A DNA stretch of 64,000 bases, taken from assembly GCA_963662435.1 (NCBI GenBank), contig OY759598.1:2884507-2948506 (forward strand). Reading direction: 5' to 3'. This document shows positions 1 to 10,612 of this stretch, in pieces. How positions within the stretch are numbered: position 1 is the stretch's first letter; every line of letters starts with the position of its first letter. The notes under the pieces are model-generated. The model ran no database searches. It was not told the DNA's origin and saw nothing but the letters and a program-made list of their open reading frames with translations. The DNA comes from Dehalococcoidia bacterium. Lineage in GTDB: Bacteria > Chloroflexota > Dehalococcoidia > Lucifugimonadales > VXLM01. The position numbers and the translations under genes are program-made.

Positions 1-143
1 CAAGCTGTGGGAAGGTCATTGGTGATCGAGGACAGGACGGCGGCATAAAACCCGTCGCCGTCTTCATCAGCCCGTTCCATCAGACACCCTTGGGCAGAGC
101 CTCGTCGAGCCTGATATGTCAGTGATGTCCCAGTTTAGTCAGA

Positions 144-647
144 CTACTCGATTCGGTCGAAGAGCACACTACGACTGAACGCGTCAATGACGCCTGAAAC
201 AAATGTAGCTGTGGGTCGATTCAAGGCCCAGAATACCGGACACTCTGCCTTAATTTCATCAGTCTGTCCAAAATCTTCAGCTTCGACTGGAAGGATCGTG
301 TGACCTTGGAAGTACACAACTAGATAGCCGCTAATCTCTGGGCGTATTGGCAAGAGGTTAGCTTGAATCTGGTTTCCTCGGGCCCTTCCGGAATCTGGGA
401 TCGGTTTCGTGAAGTAATGCAACCCGTAAGATTTTCGCCGAGTCTGCTCTACATTTCGCGTTTTCACGTTGTCTGTATGAATTAGTCCACTCAAGGCTTC
501 ATAGATCTCTATGAAACTGCGGAGTGAATCGGGAGTGGCATTGTCGACTGCCATCCTTGGGCGATCAGCGTAGTAGGCTTGCGCCAAACGCGACCCAGGC
601 CGAATATTCGTGTCGAGAATATCCAGAACTGTACGTGCAAGTGTCAT
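144..647 (-). CDS. hypothetical protein (lower-GC accessory gene)
   Basis: ORF 144..767; likely ATG at 647 (MTLARTVLD...); no recognised motif. Confidence 0.5.
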   Translation of the reverse strand: MTLARTVLDILDTNIRPGSRLAQAYYADRPRMAVDNATPDSLRSFIEIYEALSGLIHTDNVKTRNVEQTRRKSYGLHYFTKPIPDSGRARGNQIQANLLPIRPEISGYLVVYFQGHTILPVEAEDFGQTDEIKAECPVFWALNRPTATFVSGVIDAFSRSVLFDRIE

Positions 648-787
648 TGAAGAGTCTCTTTCCCTTTCAGTTATGCAGTACCTTTCTGTCATGCAGTTTG
701 TACTGCAGACCCGTTGAGGCAAACACATTAGTGGCCAACGTACCATTTCGTGGTAGTGGCATCGCATCCCTGCTGACCGAGCGCTCT

Positions 788-812
788 GGATTCCGGCCTG
801 CGCCGGAATGAC
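788..812. repeat. REP-like palindrome family B (GGATTCCGGC-N-GCCGGAATGAC)
   Basis: Related intergenic copies at 4122-4146, 6707-6731, 30317-30341, 54276-54300 (inverted) and 57984-58008 (inverted). Confidence 0.8.
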
Positions 813-875
813 GGTGGCCGTTTGTTGATATACGCGCGAGTTGAAGGGTTATGACGCTTTCATGACGCACCGGCA

Positions 876-1307
876 TTAGTTGTCTGCACGCTCTGCCTCT
901 GCACACATGTCTAGACCATCATCTATAGAAACTCCATGTGACATGCGGAGTCCCAGGGCGTAGTGATCTGGGTGCAACATTTTGACCTCATGAATTCTTG
1001 GGAGATGAGGGTAACGACTCGCGGCTCTACCATTGAGGGTGTAAGTTTCGCCAACAGTGAGAAATGCTATAGTCACGGCGTTGTCCTCGCACCGGAGTAC
1101 GCCCGCAGGATAGATGAACGGCCATTCCTTCCCGTATTGATCCATCGTTACTGTCTTCTCCGGGACTCTCGGCGTCGGTGTACCTTTAGGCACCGTTTCT
1201 CCTGTACAGGCGAAAACTGACGAAGCCAAGAGCATCCAGATAATTGCCTTACACACTCCCGTTCCAACTCCATATTGTGTAGCCACGCCGTCCGTACCCG
1301 TGAGCAC
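876..1307 (-). CDS. DUF2511/YebY-like lipoprotein
   Basis: Lipobox-like SVFAC and motif YGKEWPF...GVLRC...TYTLNGRA; true start probably downstream (GTG 1256 or later). Confidence 0.6.
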   Translation of the reverse strand: MLTGTDGVATQYGVGTGVCKAIIWMLLASSVFACTGETVPKGTPTPRVPEKTVTMDQYGKEWPFIYPAGVLRCEDNAVTIAFLTVGETYTLNGRAASRYPHLPRIHEVKMLHPDHYALGLRMSHGVSIDDGLDMCAEAERADN

Positions 1308-1398
1308 ACAGTGTTGTACCCCATTCCAGATAGCCTTGCGGCGATGTTAGGCTTCCGATGACAGCCCCACTCGACGCGAGGCGGCCTAGCTCTCCCGC

Positions 1399-1776
1399 CT
1401 AGATGACTACCGGGTCGTCGGAGCGGAAGTGGAAGACCTTGCGGACGGGGGCGACGACTTCCCACCGGGTCTTCGTGCCGATGGGGACGTAGAAGAGGTC
1501 TCCGGCGCGGTAGGTTGCGGTGTTGCCGTCCTGGTCGGTTATGACGGCCTCGCCCTCTATGAAGTAGATGGTCTCGTCCCACGTGTATTCCCAGTCGAAG
1601 GAGCCGGGTTCGCACGACCACACGCCGTTGGCAAGTCGCTTGTCGTCGGACTGCCAGAGCAGCTTGCCCTTTGCAACGGGGTTGCCATCGACGATGGCTT
1701 CGTCGGGGAGCGTCCAGTCGTCGAGCTCGACGTCTGCTGCGGTGGCCTTTGGGATGCGTGCTGCGGTGAGGGTCAT
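1399..1776 (-). CDS. cupin-domain protein (DUF861/EutQ-like)
   Basis: GVWSCEPGSFDWEYTWDETIYFIEGEA...AGDLFYVPIG; AGGAGG RBS. Confidence 0.85.
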   Translation of the reverse strand: MTLTAARIPKATAADVELDDWTLPDEAIVDGNPVAKGKLLWQSDDKRLANGVWSCEPGSFDWEYTWDETIYFIEGEAVITDQDGNTATYRAGDLFYVPIGTKTRWEVVAPVRKVFHFRSDDPVVI

Positions 1777-1925
1777 GGGATGGCCTCCTAGTGAGTTGAA
1801 CGTATGATAAAGGGTGGGGGAGAAAGTAGAAAGTAGGGAGAAGAAAGCGAGTCGTGTTTTGAGTTTGTCTCATGTCCATCACCATTGATGCTGAATTGCC
1901 CTTCGACAGGATTTCAAGTAACTGC

Positions 1926-1966
1926 GGGAACCCCCTCTCTGTATCTCTCCCCCGGCGGGGGAGAGA
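1926..1966. repeat. REP-like palindrome family E (CCCCCTCTCTGTATCTCTCCCCCGGCGGGGGAGAGA)
   Basis: Near-identical copy at ~10096-10135; variants at ~6571-6605 and ~32032-32073. Confidence 0.8.
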
Positions 1967-2098
1967 TTGTGGGTAACTCTTCGTCGTACATGTGGGGATA
2001 GTCTCTACGTATGCCGAGATAAGGGGCTTGGGGGTTTGCTATGCTGTATGGGTGGATATTTGCGGCAGGGTTATTCGGTAGAGAGGGTGTGATTTTCG

Positions 2099-3184
2099 AT
2101 GCTGGATAAGGCAGTGCTGGACAAGCTGGCTTCCGTGGAGCGTCGCTCCGAGGAGCTGGAGCAGCAGATGGCGGACCCCGAGGTCGCGGGCGTTTACTCG
2201 CGGTTTCAGGGGGTCAACAGAGAGCACAGTTCGCTCAGGCACATAGTGTCCCTGTTTCGTGAATACCGGGGCATCATCGGCGAACTGGAGGATGCCCATA
2301 CCCTGATCCGGGAGGAGAATGACCGGCAGATGGCCGCGCTGGCCCGCGAGGAGATCGAGGGGCTTGAGGGGCGGCAGGAGGAGATCGAGCACGACCTTCG
2401 CATTGCGCTGATCCCGAAGGACCCGAACGATGAGAAGGGCGTAATCGTCGAGGTGCGAGCCGGTACGGGGGGTGAGGAGGCGGGGCTCTTCGCGGCGGAA
2501 ATGTACAGGATGTACACGCGGTACGCGCAGCGCCACAATTGGGGCGTTGAGGTCATCAGCAGTACTGAGACGGGGCTGGGCAGCATCCGTGAGATCGTCT
2601 TCCAGATTGACGGGGACGGGGCGTACAGCCAGCTGAAACACGAGAGCGGCACTCACCGCGTGCAGCGCGTGCCGGTTACGGAGTCGAGCGGGCGCATCCA
2701 TACGTCTGCGGCTACGGTCGCGGTGCTGCCGGAGGCTGAAGAGATTGACGTGCAGATCGATCCGGACGACCTGGACATAGACGTCTTCCTGGCCGGCGGG
2801 CACGGTGGGCAGAGCGTGCAGAAGAACTCGACGGCGATCCGCATCACCCACAAGCCGTCGGGCATGGTCGTGCAGTGCCAGGACGAGCGTTCGCAGCTCA
2901 AGAACAAGGAGAAGGCGTTGTCCGTGCTCCGTTCCCGGCTGCTGGCGCAGGAGGTCGAGCGGCAGCAGGCGGAGATATCGCAGGACAGGAAGTCGCAGGT
3001 CGGCACCGGAGATCGGTCCGGCCGTGTGCGGACGTACAACTTCCCACAGGACCGGGTGACCGACCACCGGGTCGGGTACACGCGCCACAACCTGGAGTCG
3101 GTACTGGACGGGGAGATCGACGATATCCTTCACCGGCTGGTCGAGGCTGAGCAAGCCCAGAACTTAGAGAACTTCGGCGCATGA
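2099..3184 (+). CDS. prfA: peptide chain release factor 1
   Basis: GTGGEEA, ESGTHRVQRVPVTES (PxT motif of RF1), GGQ motif, RTYNFPQDRVTDHR; followed by prmC. Confidence 0.97.
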   Translation: MLDKAVLDKLASVERRSEELEQQMADPEVAGVYSRFQGVNREHSSLRHIVSLFREYRGIIGELEDAHTLIREENDRQMAALAREEIEGLEGRQEEIEHDLRIALIPKDPNDEKGVIVEVRAGTGGEEAGLFAAEMYRMYTRYAQRHNWGVEVISSTETGLGSIREIVFQIDGDGAYSQLKHESGTHRVQRVPVTESSGRIHTSAATVAVLPEAEEIDVQIDPDDLDIDVFLAGGHGGQSVQKNSTAIRITHKPSGMVVQCQDERSQLKNKEKALSVLRSRLLAQEVERQQAEISQDRKSQVGTGDRSGRVRTYNFPQDRVTDHRVGYTRHNLESVLDGEIDDILHRLVEAEQAQNLENFGA

Positions 3185-4035
3185 GGCTGCGGGAGGCCTG
3201 GGTGCGCTCCCGCAAGCGTTTGGAATGCGCATCCATCCCCGACGCGGGAATCGATGCGCAGGTGCTTCTCCGCAACGCGCTTGGCATAGACCGAGCGACC
3301 TTCCACGCCTCTCCGGAACGGGAATTGAGCGAAGAGGACGCAGCATTGCTCGAGCGCGCGGTTGAGCGACGGGTCGGGGGAGTGCCGCTTGCTTACATCA
3401 CGGGACACCGGGAGTTCTACGGCCTCGATTTCGTTGTGTCGCCGGATGTGTTGGTGCCACGGCAGGAGACGGAGTTCCTGGTCGATGCGGTGTTGGAGTA
3501 TGCAGGGAGTCGGTGCGGGGACGAAAACTCTCTAACGATCGCGGATATCGGCACCGGCAGCGGGTGTATCGCCGTCGCGCTGGGTGCTCACCTGCCGAAA
3601 GCGACGGTATACGCCACGGACGTGAGCCTAGAGGCATTGCGCGTCGCGGGCGAGAATGTTCAGAGGCACGGTCTGGTTGAGCGAGTGCACCTGCGACATG
3701 GCGACCTGTTCGAGGCACTGGACGGTCCTGTGGACGTGGTCGTGTCCAATCCGCCCTATCTGAGCACGGAAGAGGCCACAGAGTTGCCACCGGACGTTCG
3801 GCGAGAGCCGAGTGTTGCGCTCGTCGCGGGAACTGAGGGGATGGACGTTCTGCTAAGGCTAATCGCCGGAGCGCGAGAGTACGTGAAGCCCGGTGGTCTG
3901 CTGGCGATGGAGATCGATCCGCGGCGGCTGGGGGCGGTGATGGGGCTCGTGGGGCGGACTTATGCGGACGGGGAGGTCGGGATTGTCAAAGATCACGCGG
4001 GGTTGGAGAGGGTGGTGACGGTGGAGGTTGGGTGA
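3181..4035 (+). CDS. prmC: release factor glutamine methyltransferase
   Basis: VLVPRQETE, DIGTGSG, NPPY motif; ATGA overlap with prfA. Confidence 0.95.
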   Translation: MRLREAWVRSRKRLECASIPDAGIDAQVLLRNALGIDRATFHASPERELSEEDAALLERAVERRVGGVPLAYITGHREFYGLDFVVSPDVLVPRQETEFLVDAVLEYAGSRCGDENSLTIADIGTGSGCIAVALGAHLPKATVYATDVSLEALRVAGENVQRHGLVERVHLRHGDLFEALDGPVDVVVSNPPYLSTEEATELPPDVRREPSVALVAGTEGMDVLLRLIAGAREYVKPGGLLAMEIDPRRLGAVMGLVGRTYADGEVGIVKDHAGLERVVTVEVG

Positions 4036-4265
4036 GGGTGCGGGGGCTTTCGCCCTTCAGGCACTTACGACAAATGCGTTCGCGTCTTACTCAGGAAGAG
4101 AGCACCCCTACCCGCCCCTCTGGACTCCGGCCTCCGCCGGAGTGACGATACACCTCCTCCAGAATGCGCCTGCCCATCATGGATGGCTATCGCTGATTGC
4201 GGACACGGAATCGCACACGTAATATCAACCCGTGACGTGGGCATTGAGGGCAGCCAAAGCAAGCC

Positions 4266-5735
4266 ATGGAGGAGCGATTAGCCATGACAGTGCATATTGG
4301 GCCGGAAAGGCAGCTTTTCCTTGATGACCTTCTCATCGGGAGCCTTGATGGTGTTGAGGTTGTGATGGAGCGGCCCGTCAAGCCTTCGGGCCCGGTGTTG
4401 GAGGGGACGGAGGCGTGGGAAGTGGGGGTTGCCAGCATCATCGGGAACTCGCTGCACTATGACGAAGAGGACGGGATCTTCAAGGCGTGGTACGACACGC
4501 CGGGAGGGGTCGCCTATGCCACGTCGGAGGACGGCGTGCACTGGGAGAAGCCGAACCTGGGGATTCGAGAGTACGGTGGGTCGACCGACAACAACCTTGT
4601 GAGTCCGGGCCGGAACTTCAGCGTCATCAAGGATTTGAAGGACGAGGACCCGTCGAAGCGGTACAAGTCCATGTACTGGCATTCGTCGGGCGATCCCGAC
4701 GCGCCGTGGGGCGGCAAGGGGCACTTCGTTGCGTATTCGCCGGACGGGGTGCACTGGACGCCCGACGAGCGGAACCCGGTCATCGATTTTCGCAACGGTC
4801 TGACGGACGGGCAGTTCGTGCTGGGCTGGGACGGGAATCACGGCAAGTACGTGGCGTACATGCGGCCGAACACCTACTTCTTCGAGCCTTACAGGAGGAC
4901 ATCGGCGTGGGTTGCTAGCGACGATTTCGTTACTTGGGGGCCGCCGGTTCTGGCCGTCGCGCCGGAGGCAACGGACGAGGTCGAAATCGAGTACTACCGC
5001 ATGACCGTGGCGAAGTACGAGGGCATCTATGTTGGGTTCATCTGGGTGTACCACAACGACGTGCTGGAGTTCGCGGACCAGACGCGCGATACGCTCCTGG
5101 CCACGAGCCGGAACGGGATTACGTGGACCAAGCCGTTCGAGAGCGAGCCGTACCTCGAAACGGGAGGGGCCGGGGACTGGGACTCAGGATGGGCGGGAGC
5201 CTGCAACCTGATACCAGTAGGGGACGAGCTTTGGCTGTACTACTCGGGGGCGAATATCCCGCACAACGTGAAGGCTGCGGACGGGGGCAGAGGGTCGGTC
5301 AAGGACTGGCCGGGCCGGGTGATCGACGGTGAGAGAAGGGCCTACGGGGTGGGCATCGCAAAGCTGCGGCGCGACGGTTTCGCGGCGGTCAGGCCGAAGT
5401 CGAGCGAGGGTACCCTGACGACCGAGCCGTTGACGTTCCTCGGCACGACGCTGCACGTGAATGTCGATAGCTCACGGGGAAAGGTTGAGGTGGAGGTGCT
5501 GGACCGGAATGGCAAACCTGTGGAGGGCTACTCGCGGGCGGACTGTGTGCCGATTACGACCGACTCGATGGACTGGACGGTGAAGTGGAGCGGGGACAGA
5601 GACCTCGTGCATGCCACCGACACGCCAGCCGACATCGGCGCCGAGACGAGGGCCTACAAGTCGAGGCTGAGGAAGCCGGTGCGGCTGAGGTTCTATCTCA
5701 GGGACGCGAGTCTGTACTCGTTTTGGGTGGAGTGA
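4266..5735 (+). CDS. five-bladed beta-propeller glycoside hydrolase-like protein (GH32/GH43-like)
   Basis: Repeated SxDGxxW Asp-boxes, ELWLYYSG, LRRDGF. Confidence 0.7.
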   Translation: MEERLAMTVHIGPERQLFLDDLLIGSLDGVEVVMERPVKPSGPVLEGTEAWEVGVASIIGNSLHYDEEDGIFKAWYDTPGGVAYATSEDGVHWEKPNLGIREYGGSTDNNLVSPGRNFSVIKDLKDEDPSKRYKSMYWHSSGDPDAPWGGKGHFVAYSPDGVHWTPDERNPVIDFRNGLTDGQFVLGWDGNHGKYVAYMRPNTYFFEPYRRTSAWVASDDFVTWGPPVLAVAPEATDEVEIEYYRMTVAKYEGIYVGFIWVYHNDVLEFADQTRDTLLATSRNGITWTKPFESEPYLETGGAGDWDSGWAGACNLIPVGDELWLYYSGANIPHNVKAADGGRGSVKDWPGRVIDGERRAYGVGIAKLRRDGFAAVRPKSSEGTLTTEPLTFLGTTLHVNVDSSRGKVEVEVLDRNGKPVEGYSRADCVPITTDSMDWTVKWSGDRDLVHATDTPADIGAETRAYKSRLRKPVRLRFYLRDASLYSFWVE

Positions 5736-5769
5736 CAGCTAGCTGGGCGATAATTCGCGCGTAGGTCAG

Positions 5770-6543
5770 CTACACGTACTTGCTTTGGTTGCCGTCGACG
5801 ACTATGCAGGCGCCGGTGATGAGGTCGGCGCGTTCGGAGGCGAGGAAGGCGGTGAGGTCGCCGACGGGTTCGGGCCAGCCGAACTTGCCGAGGGGCAGAT
5901 TGCGGTCGATGAAGTCGGCGACGACGTCGGGCGGGCTTTCGTTCTGGAATTTTTCCCAAGAGCCGTGTTCGTGGAGGATGGAGCCGGGGGCGATGCTGTT
6001 GACGAGGACGCCGTCGGTGACGAGTGTGCTTGCGACGTGTTTGGTGGCGGCGATGAGGGCGGCCTTGGCAGTCATGTAGCCGAGGTTGCCGCCCAGCTCC
6101 CTGCCGTAGATGGAGGCGATGTTGATGATTCGGCCCCACTTCTGCTCCTGCATGTGGGGAATGACGAGTCGCATGAGTTCGTATCCGCCGAAGACGTTTA
6201 GGTCGAAGACGCCCCTCAGCTCGTCCACGGTGAGTTCCGGGGCATCGCTGCGGACGTGGCTGCCGCCGACGTTGTTGACGAGGATATCTACGGGGCCCAA
6301 CCGGTCGACGACCTGCTCGTGGAGAGGTGCGGCCTGATCGGTATCGGAGACATCGGCGACGATGCCGACGGCCTCGACTCCGAGGACGCGAAGCTCGGCT
6401 GAGGTGGCGTCGAGGGTGTCCTGGGAACGTCCGCAGATGGCGACGTTGACGCCTTCGCGCGCGAGTGACAGGGCGCAGTGCTTGCCGAGTCCTCTGCTTC
6501 CGCCGGTGACGAGTGCGGTCCTGCCCGCGATGCCGAGATCCAT
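5770..6543 (-). CDS. short-chain dehydrogenase/reductase
   Basis: TGGSRGLG, NNVG, YMTAK (YxxxK). Confidence 0.92.
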   Translation of the reverse strand: MDLGIAGRTALVTGGSRGLGKHCALSLAREGVNVAICGRSQDTLDATSAELRVLGVEAVGIVADVSDTDQAAPLHEQVVDRLGPVDILVNNVGGSHVRSDAPELTVDELRGVFDLNVFGGYELMRLVIPHMQEQKWGRIINIASIYGRELGGNLGYMTAKAALIAATKHVASTLVTDGVLVNSIAPGSILHEHGSWEKFQNESPPDVVADFIDRNLPLGKFGWPEPVGDLTAFLASERADLITGACIVVDGNQSKYV

Positions 6544-6902
6544 GGATGGTGCTCCTGTAGGGGGGTGTACTCCCCCTCACTGTATCTCTCCGCCGAAGGG
6601 GAAAGACTATGGACGGGGTGTCCCGATTTCGGGGGTACAGTATAGCAGGGTGGGAATTGGGTGGTGAGGTGTTGCCCACCTCTTCCGACCCCACCCCTGC
6701 CCCTCTGGATTCCGGCCTTCGCCGGAATGACAGCGCCTCATATATAGCTTGGGCTTTCACCCTCACGTCAGCCCTCTCCCAAGATGGGTGAGGGGGTTAC
6801 GCACGGGTGGCAGCCACATTCCACGGGGCCGTGTCGCAATCGGGGGTGATTTTGTGGATAATGGGGCATCCGTTTGAATTGCTTATGGGGGGAGGTCTGA
6901 CC

Positions 6903-8021
6903 ATGGTAATGGGAAAGGCGGCGCTATTCGTCGAGCCGTACCACTTCGAGATAACGGAACTGCCGGCGGTGCCTGTCGAGGCGGGGGGCATTCGCGTGAA
7001 GATAAAGACGGGGGGCATCTGCGGCTCGGACCTGCACTTCTGGCGGGGTGAGATCAAGCCGATCGTGGCTGGAGCGCCGGGGCCGGTGATACTGGGCCAC
7101 GAGATGGCGGGCGTGGTGGACGCGATGGCGTCGGACATCTCGACCGACTCGATGGGCAGGCCGTTGAAGGAGGGGGACCGTATCGTATTTTGCTATTTCT
7201 TCCCCTGTCATCGGTGCTACAACTGTTTGCGAGGGGAGCTGAACCACTGTCCGGACCGGTTTCGGTTCCGCGCATCGGTGGAGGAGTACCCGTACTGCAA
7301 CGGCGGCTTCTCGGACTACTACTACCTCTTCCCCGGACACTACGTCTTCAAGGTGCCGGAAGGGCTGTCGGACGAGGCAGTCGCCGGGGTAAACTGCGCG
7401 GTGTCGCAGGTGATCGAGGGATGGAGGTTGGCCAACCTGCAGATGGGGGACAGCGTGGTCGTTCAGGGCGCGGGCGGTCTGGGCATCAGTGCGGCGGCCG
7501 CAGCCAAGGACCGAGGCGCTTCGCAGGTCATCGTTATCGACGGTCAGCCGGGTCGCCTGGAGCTTGCGCGGCAGAGCGGCGCGGACGTTACCATCGACCT
7601 GAACGAGTACGACACGGCTGAGTCGCGGATCGAGCGCGTGAAGGAACTGACGGAAGGACGCGGCGCGGACGTGGTGATGGAGGTCGTCGGATACCCGCAG
7701 GTGATCAACGAGGGCATCGACATGGTGCGGCGAGGCGGTGCGTACGTCGAGATTGGCAACATCTGGCCCAACAGCATGGTGACGCTGGACATGGCGAAGG
7801 TACTGTGGGGGCAGGTGAGGATCATTCCCGTGACGCACTACCACCCTTCGACGCTGCCCGTGGCGCTGGACTTCCTGTTGCGGACGAAGGACAGGTTCCC
7901 GCTGACGAACGTAATGTCGCACAGCTTCCCGATTGAGGACATCGGGAAGGCGTTCGAGCAGAGCGAGTGGCTTGGTAAGGATGAGGGCACGTCGATCACG
8001 CGGGCGTTCATCACCCCGTAG
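6903..8021 (+). CDS. zinc-binding (MDR) alcohol dehydrogenase family protein
   Basis: GICGSD, GHE, CHRCYNC...C structural Zn site, GAGGLG; ATG 6903 after GGAGG. Confidence 0.9.
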   Translation: MVMGKAALFVEPYHFEITELPAVPVEAGGIRVKIKTGGICGSDLHFWRGEIKPIVAGAPGPVILGHEMAGVVDAMASDISTDSMGRPLKEGDRIVFCYFFPCHRCYNCLRGELNHCPDRFRFRASVEEYPYCNGGFSDYYYLFPGHYVFKVPEGLSDEAVAGVNCAVSQVIEGWRLANLQMGDSVVVQGAGGLGISAAAAAKDRGASQVIVIDGQPGRLELARQSGADVTIDLNEYDTAESRIERVKELTEGRGADVVMEVVGYPQVINEGIDMVRRGGAYVEIGNIWPNSMVTLDMAKVLWGQVRIIPVTHYHPSTLPVALDFLLRTKDRFPLTNVMSHSFPIEDIGKAFEQSEWLGKDEGTSITRAFITP

Positions 8022-8033
8022 TGAGGGGACCGC

Positions 8034-8690
8034 TTGAGAGACCCCAGACGTAATCCCGTACCGGCGAGATATCGCTACCCGCGCAGGGATGATCCCGGAG
8101 CTGTCGCGAAGCGCCGCCGGTGGATCGCCATTGCCGCCGGGGCGGCGGCGGTCGTCATCGTTGCCGCGGTGGGCGCATTCTTCGTGCTCAGGGACACCGC
8201 GCCGCCGATAGACCCGGCGGAGCGGTCGGCGGTGGTGTCATTCACGCGGGGCGTGCTAGAAGTCGAGGCCAAGCGCCAAGTGGTGGCCACCGAGTTCGAC
8301 GGTGTCGGCAGGGATATCAGGACGACGGAGTTTTCCATCGTGTTCAGCACCCTAGAAAGCGTGATCCCGAAGCAGGAGGGGCTTGCCCAAGAGGTTCGTG
8401 GGATAGATTCTCCAAGCAATTTGACGGCGCTGGCCCAGACGCTGTTTACCGACGCCTACGAGCTTGAACTTGAGGGCTACAGAATGCTGAACAGGGTCGC
8501 GGGGCAGGCTCAAGCGAACTACCCTGAGAGCACGGCCCGGCGCCTGCGCCGATTGGACGGCTACGCGGCGGCGGTCAATCGATTGGACAAGGCGGAGCGC
8601 TCACGCGCCAGGGCGTTCGAGGAGTTGGAAGAGTTGCTGGGCCGAGTGGGAACGTCGCTGGAAGAGGTGCGTGGGCCGGGAGCACCGTAG
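8034..8690 (+). CDS. single-pass membrane protein with helical soluble domain
   Basis: Basic N-terminus, one hydrophobic helix; resembles the next gene. Confidence 0.7.
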   Translation: MRDPRRNPVPARYRYPRRDDPGAVAKRRRWIAIAAGAAAVVIVAAVGAFFVLRDTAPPIDPAERSAVVSFTRGVLEVEAKRQVVATEFDGVGRDIRTTEFSIVFSTLESVIPKQEGLAQEVRGIDSPSNLTALAQTLFTDAYELELEGYRMLNRVAGQAQANYPESTARRLRRLDGYAAAVNRLDKAERSRARAFEELEELLGRVGTSLEEVRGPGAP

Positions 8691-8876
8691 ATAGCTAAAG
8701 TGGTCGTTGGGAGCAGTGGGCGAACTGCGAACGGCCCTTCGACAAGCTTTCATGTAACGGTTCAGGACAGGAAGAAGATACACCGCAGAGAACACAGAGA
8801 GCACAGAGTGTAAAGAAAGGACTCGGATTCTCCACCAGTACCCATTCCATATGATTTTGGTAGCTTGCTCAAGACA

Positions 8877-8911
8877 CCCTCACCCTAACCCTCTCCCACG
8901 ACGGGAGAGGG
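8877..8911. repeat. REP-like palindrome family D (CCCTCACCCTAACCCTCTCCC-N-GGGAGAGGG)
   Basis: Related copies at ~6760-6795, 10183-10220, 18895-18931, 19404-19461 and 30252-30289. Confidence 0.8.
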
Positions 8912-9085
8912 AATAATCCCTCTTTATTCGTCTGTCACATTCAAATGGAAGCGATATTGGAAGATGTTCTACTGATAACCCTGTCCTGGCAGCAGTTACT
9001 GACACCCCGGCATGGTCCCGAGCGCGGGGCGTAACACTGTTCAGGGCGAGCGGATGGTCTCAGATGGAGACAGGAGATACCGGAG

Positions 9086-9901
9086 GTGGGGATGAATCCG
9101 CGAGCATATCCGCGAGGGCCGAGGTACCGGGTGGGACAGCGGTCCAAACCCGTGGAGGCCCGGCGCAGCAGGCGGCCGAGGTTGATCATAGCGGGCGCGG
9201 CGGGTGCGCTTGTCGTGGTGGGTGCGGTGCTGGCTGTGGTTATCCTGACGACATCCGGTGAATCAACCGAGATAGAAGAGCCGGACAACTCGACGGCCAT
9301 GAACGCCGCTCGACCGCGAGATTTCGTTCCTACCCCGACTCCCTACCCTACTCCGATACCGACGGCCACGCCCAAGCCCATTCCCACCGCTGACCCTTCG
9401 CTGACGACTGAAGAGGTTGCGAGCATCATCGCATTTGCGAACAGCATAATGTTCCTCGAGATGAGGCAGCGGAACCTCGTCAGGGAATATCGAATCTACA
9501 ATATCGACTTCCTGACGCGGTGGATCGGCGAGAACTATAGCGGCGCCGAGGCCCTGCTGGAGCGGCAACGCAGGATTCTGAACGACATCCGTGCAATCGA
9601 GGCGCCGGACATCGATGGTGCAGCCGAGTCGCTTTCGCTTTACCAGAAGTCGATGGAGGAAGGCGAGGAGGCCTTCCAGCGACTGTTGATCGCGTTGGGG
9701 CCATTGAACCAGGCGGGAATATCGGTAGTGGCAGGGATCAGGACGGGTATGCTGCCGAACATCGGGACCAATGAACGACTGTCGAGGTCGGCCATGACCC
9801 GTATCGACGCGCGCGAACGGCTGGAGGTGTTGGTCAATCGCACCGGGCTGGTGCTGGGTGACGTGGAGAGCACCCGGAGCGGGGGTTCCGAGGACTTTTG
9901 A
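9086..9901 (+). CDS. single-pass membrane protein with Pro/Thr linker and helical domain
   Basis: TM helix, PTPTPYPTPIPTATP linker; paralog-like to 8034..8690. Confidence 0.7.
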   Translation: MGMNPRAYPRGPRYRVGQRSKPVEARRSRRPRLIIAGAAGALVVVGAVLAVVILTTSGESTEIEEPDNSTAMNAARPRDFVPTPTPYPTPIPTATPKPIPTADPSLTTEEVASIIAFANSIMFLEMRQRNLVREYRIYNIDFLTRWIGENYSGAEALLERQRRILNDIRAIEAPDIDGAAESLSLYQKSMEEGEEAFQRLLIALGPLNQAGISVVAGIRTGMLPNIGTNERLSRSAMTRIDARERLEVLVNRTGLVLGDVESTRSGGSEDF

Positions 9902-10159
9902 GTATGGGGGGGCCTTTGTCAGCCACGGACGGCCCTTCGACGAGCTTTCTTTCAAGTAACTGCTGGATATAGGACGAAGATTCACCACAGAGGACACAGA
10001 GATCACAGAGTGGGAAGAGAGGGGTAGATCGGAGGCCTTGGTGGGCAGGTGACACAGCCACGGACGGCCCCTCGACGAGCTCTTGAGTAGCTACGGGAAC
10101 CCCCTCTCTGTATCTCTCCCCCGGCGGGGGAGAGATCGGTGGTTGAGTATCGCTCCGGC

Positions 10160-10462
10160 GGGCTGACAGGGGTAGGCATTTGCCCTCACCCCAGCCCTCT
10201 CCCGTGAACGGGAGAGGGGGTCTACGTTCACCAGAACGCGCCCCCTGCACTATCGTTCTGAGCGGAGCGCAGCGGAGTCGAAGAATCTAGAAGCCACCAT
10301 AGGGCGTTCTTTCGCCGTTTTCACTCTTGGTGACGAGAGAAGCGCGGCACTGGCTGTCCGGTCTTGCGGTTATGGATTCTAGATTCCTCGCTCCGCTCGG
10401 AATGACAGGGACGCGAGGTAGGATCATAGCTGCAATTCCGTTTTGCCTACCCCTGTCAGCCC
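10160..10462. mobile_element. candidate non-autonomous MITE
   Basis: Perfect 19-bp inverted repeats (GGGCTGACAGGGGTAGGCA at 10160-10178 and 10444-10462) flanked by direct CCGGC (10155-10159, 10463-10467). Confidence 0.5.
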
Positions 10463-10612
10463 CCGGCGGGGGAGAGACTAAAGGTGATTGCATGGCAGTT
10501 AAAGACACCCGGCCATGACCCCAAATGCGGGGCGTGACGTGGCTCAGTGCGAGCGGGCGATAGTCACCTTCGGATGTGGCGATCCGGTGGGTTGAGCGAT
10601 GCGAGGGCGAGG

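Noticed and set aside
9905..10480. CRISPR array or protein-coding ORFs
   Set aside because: A mosaic of dispersed palindromic repeat families; ORFs here are translations of the repeats.
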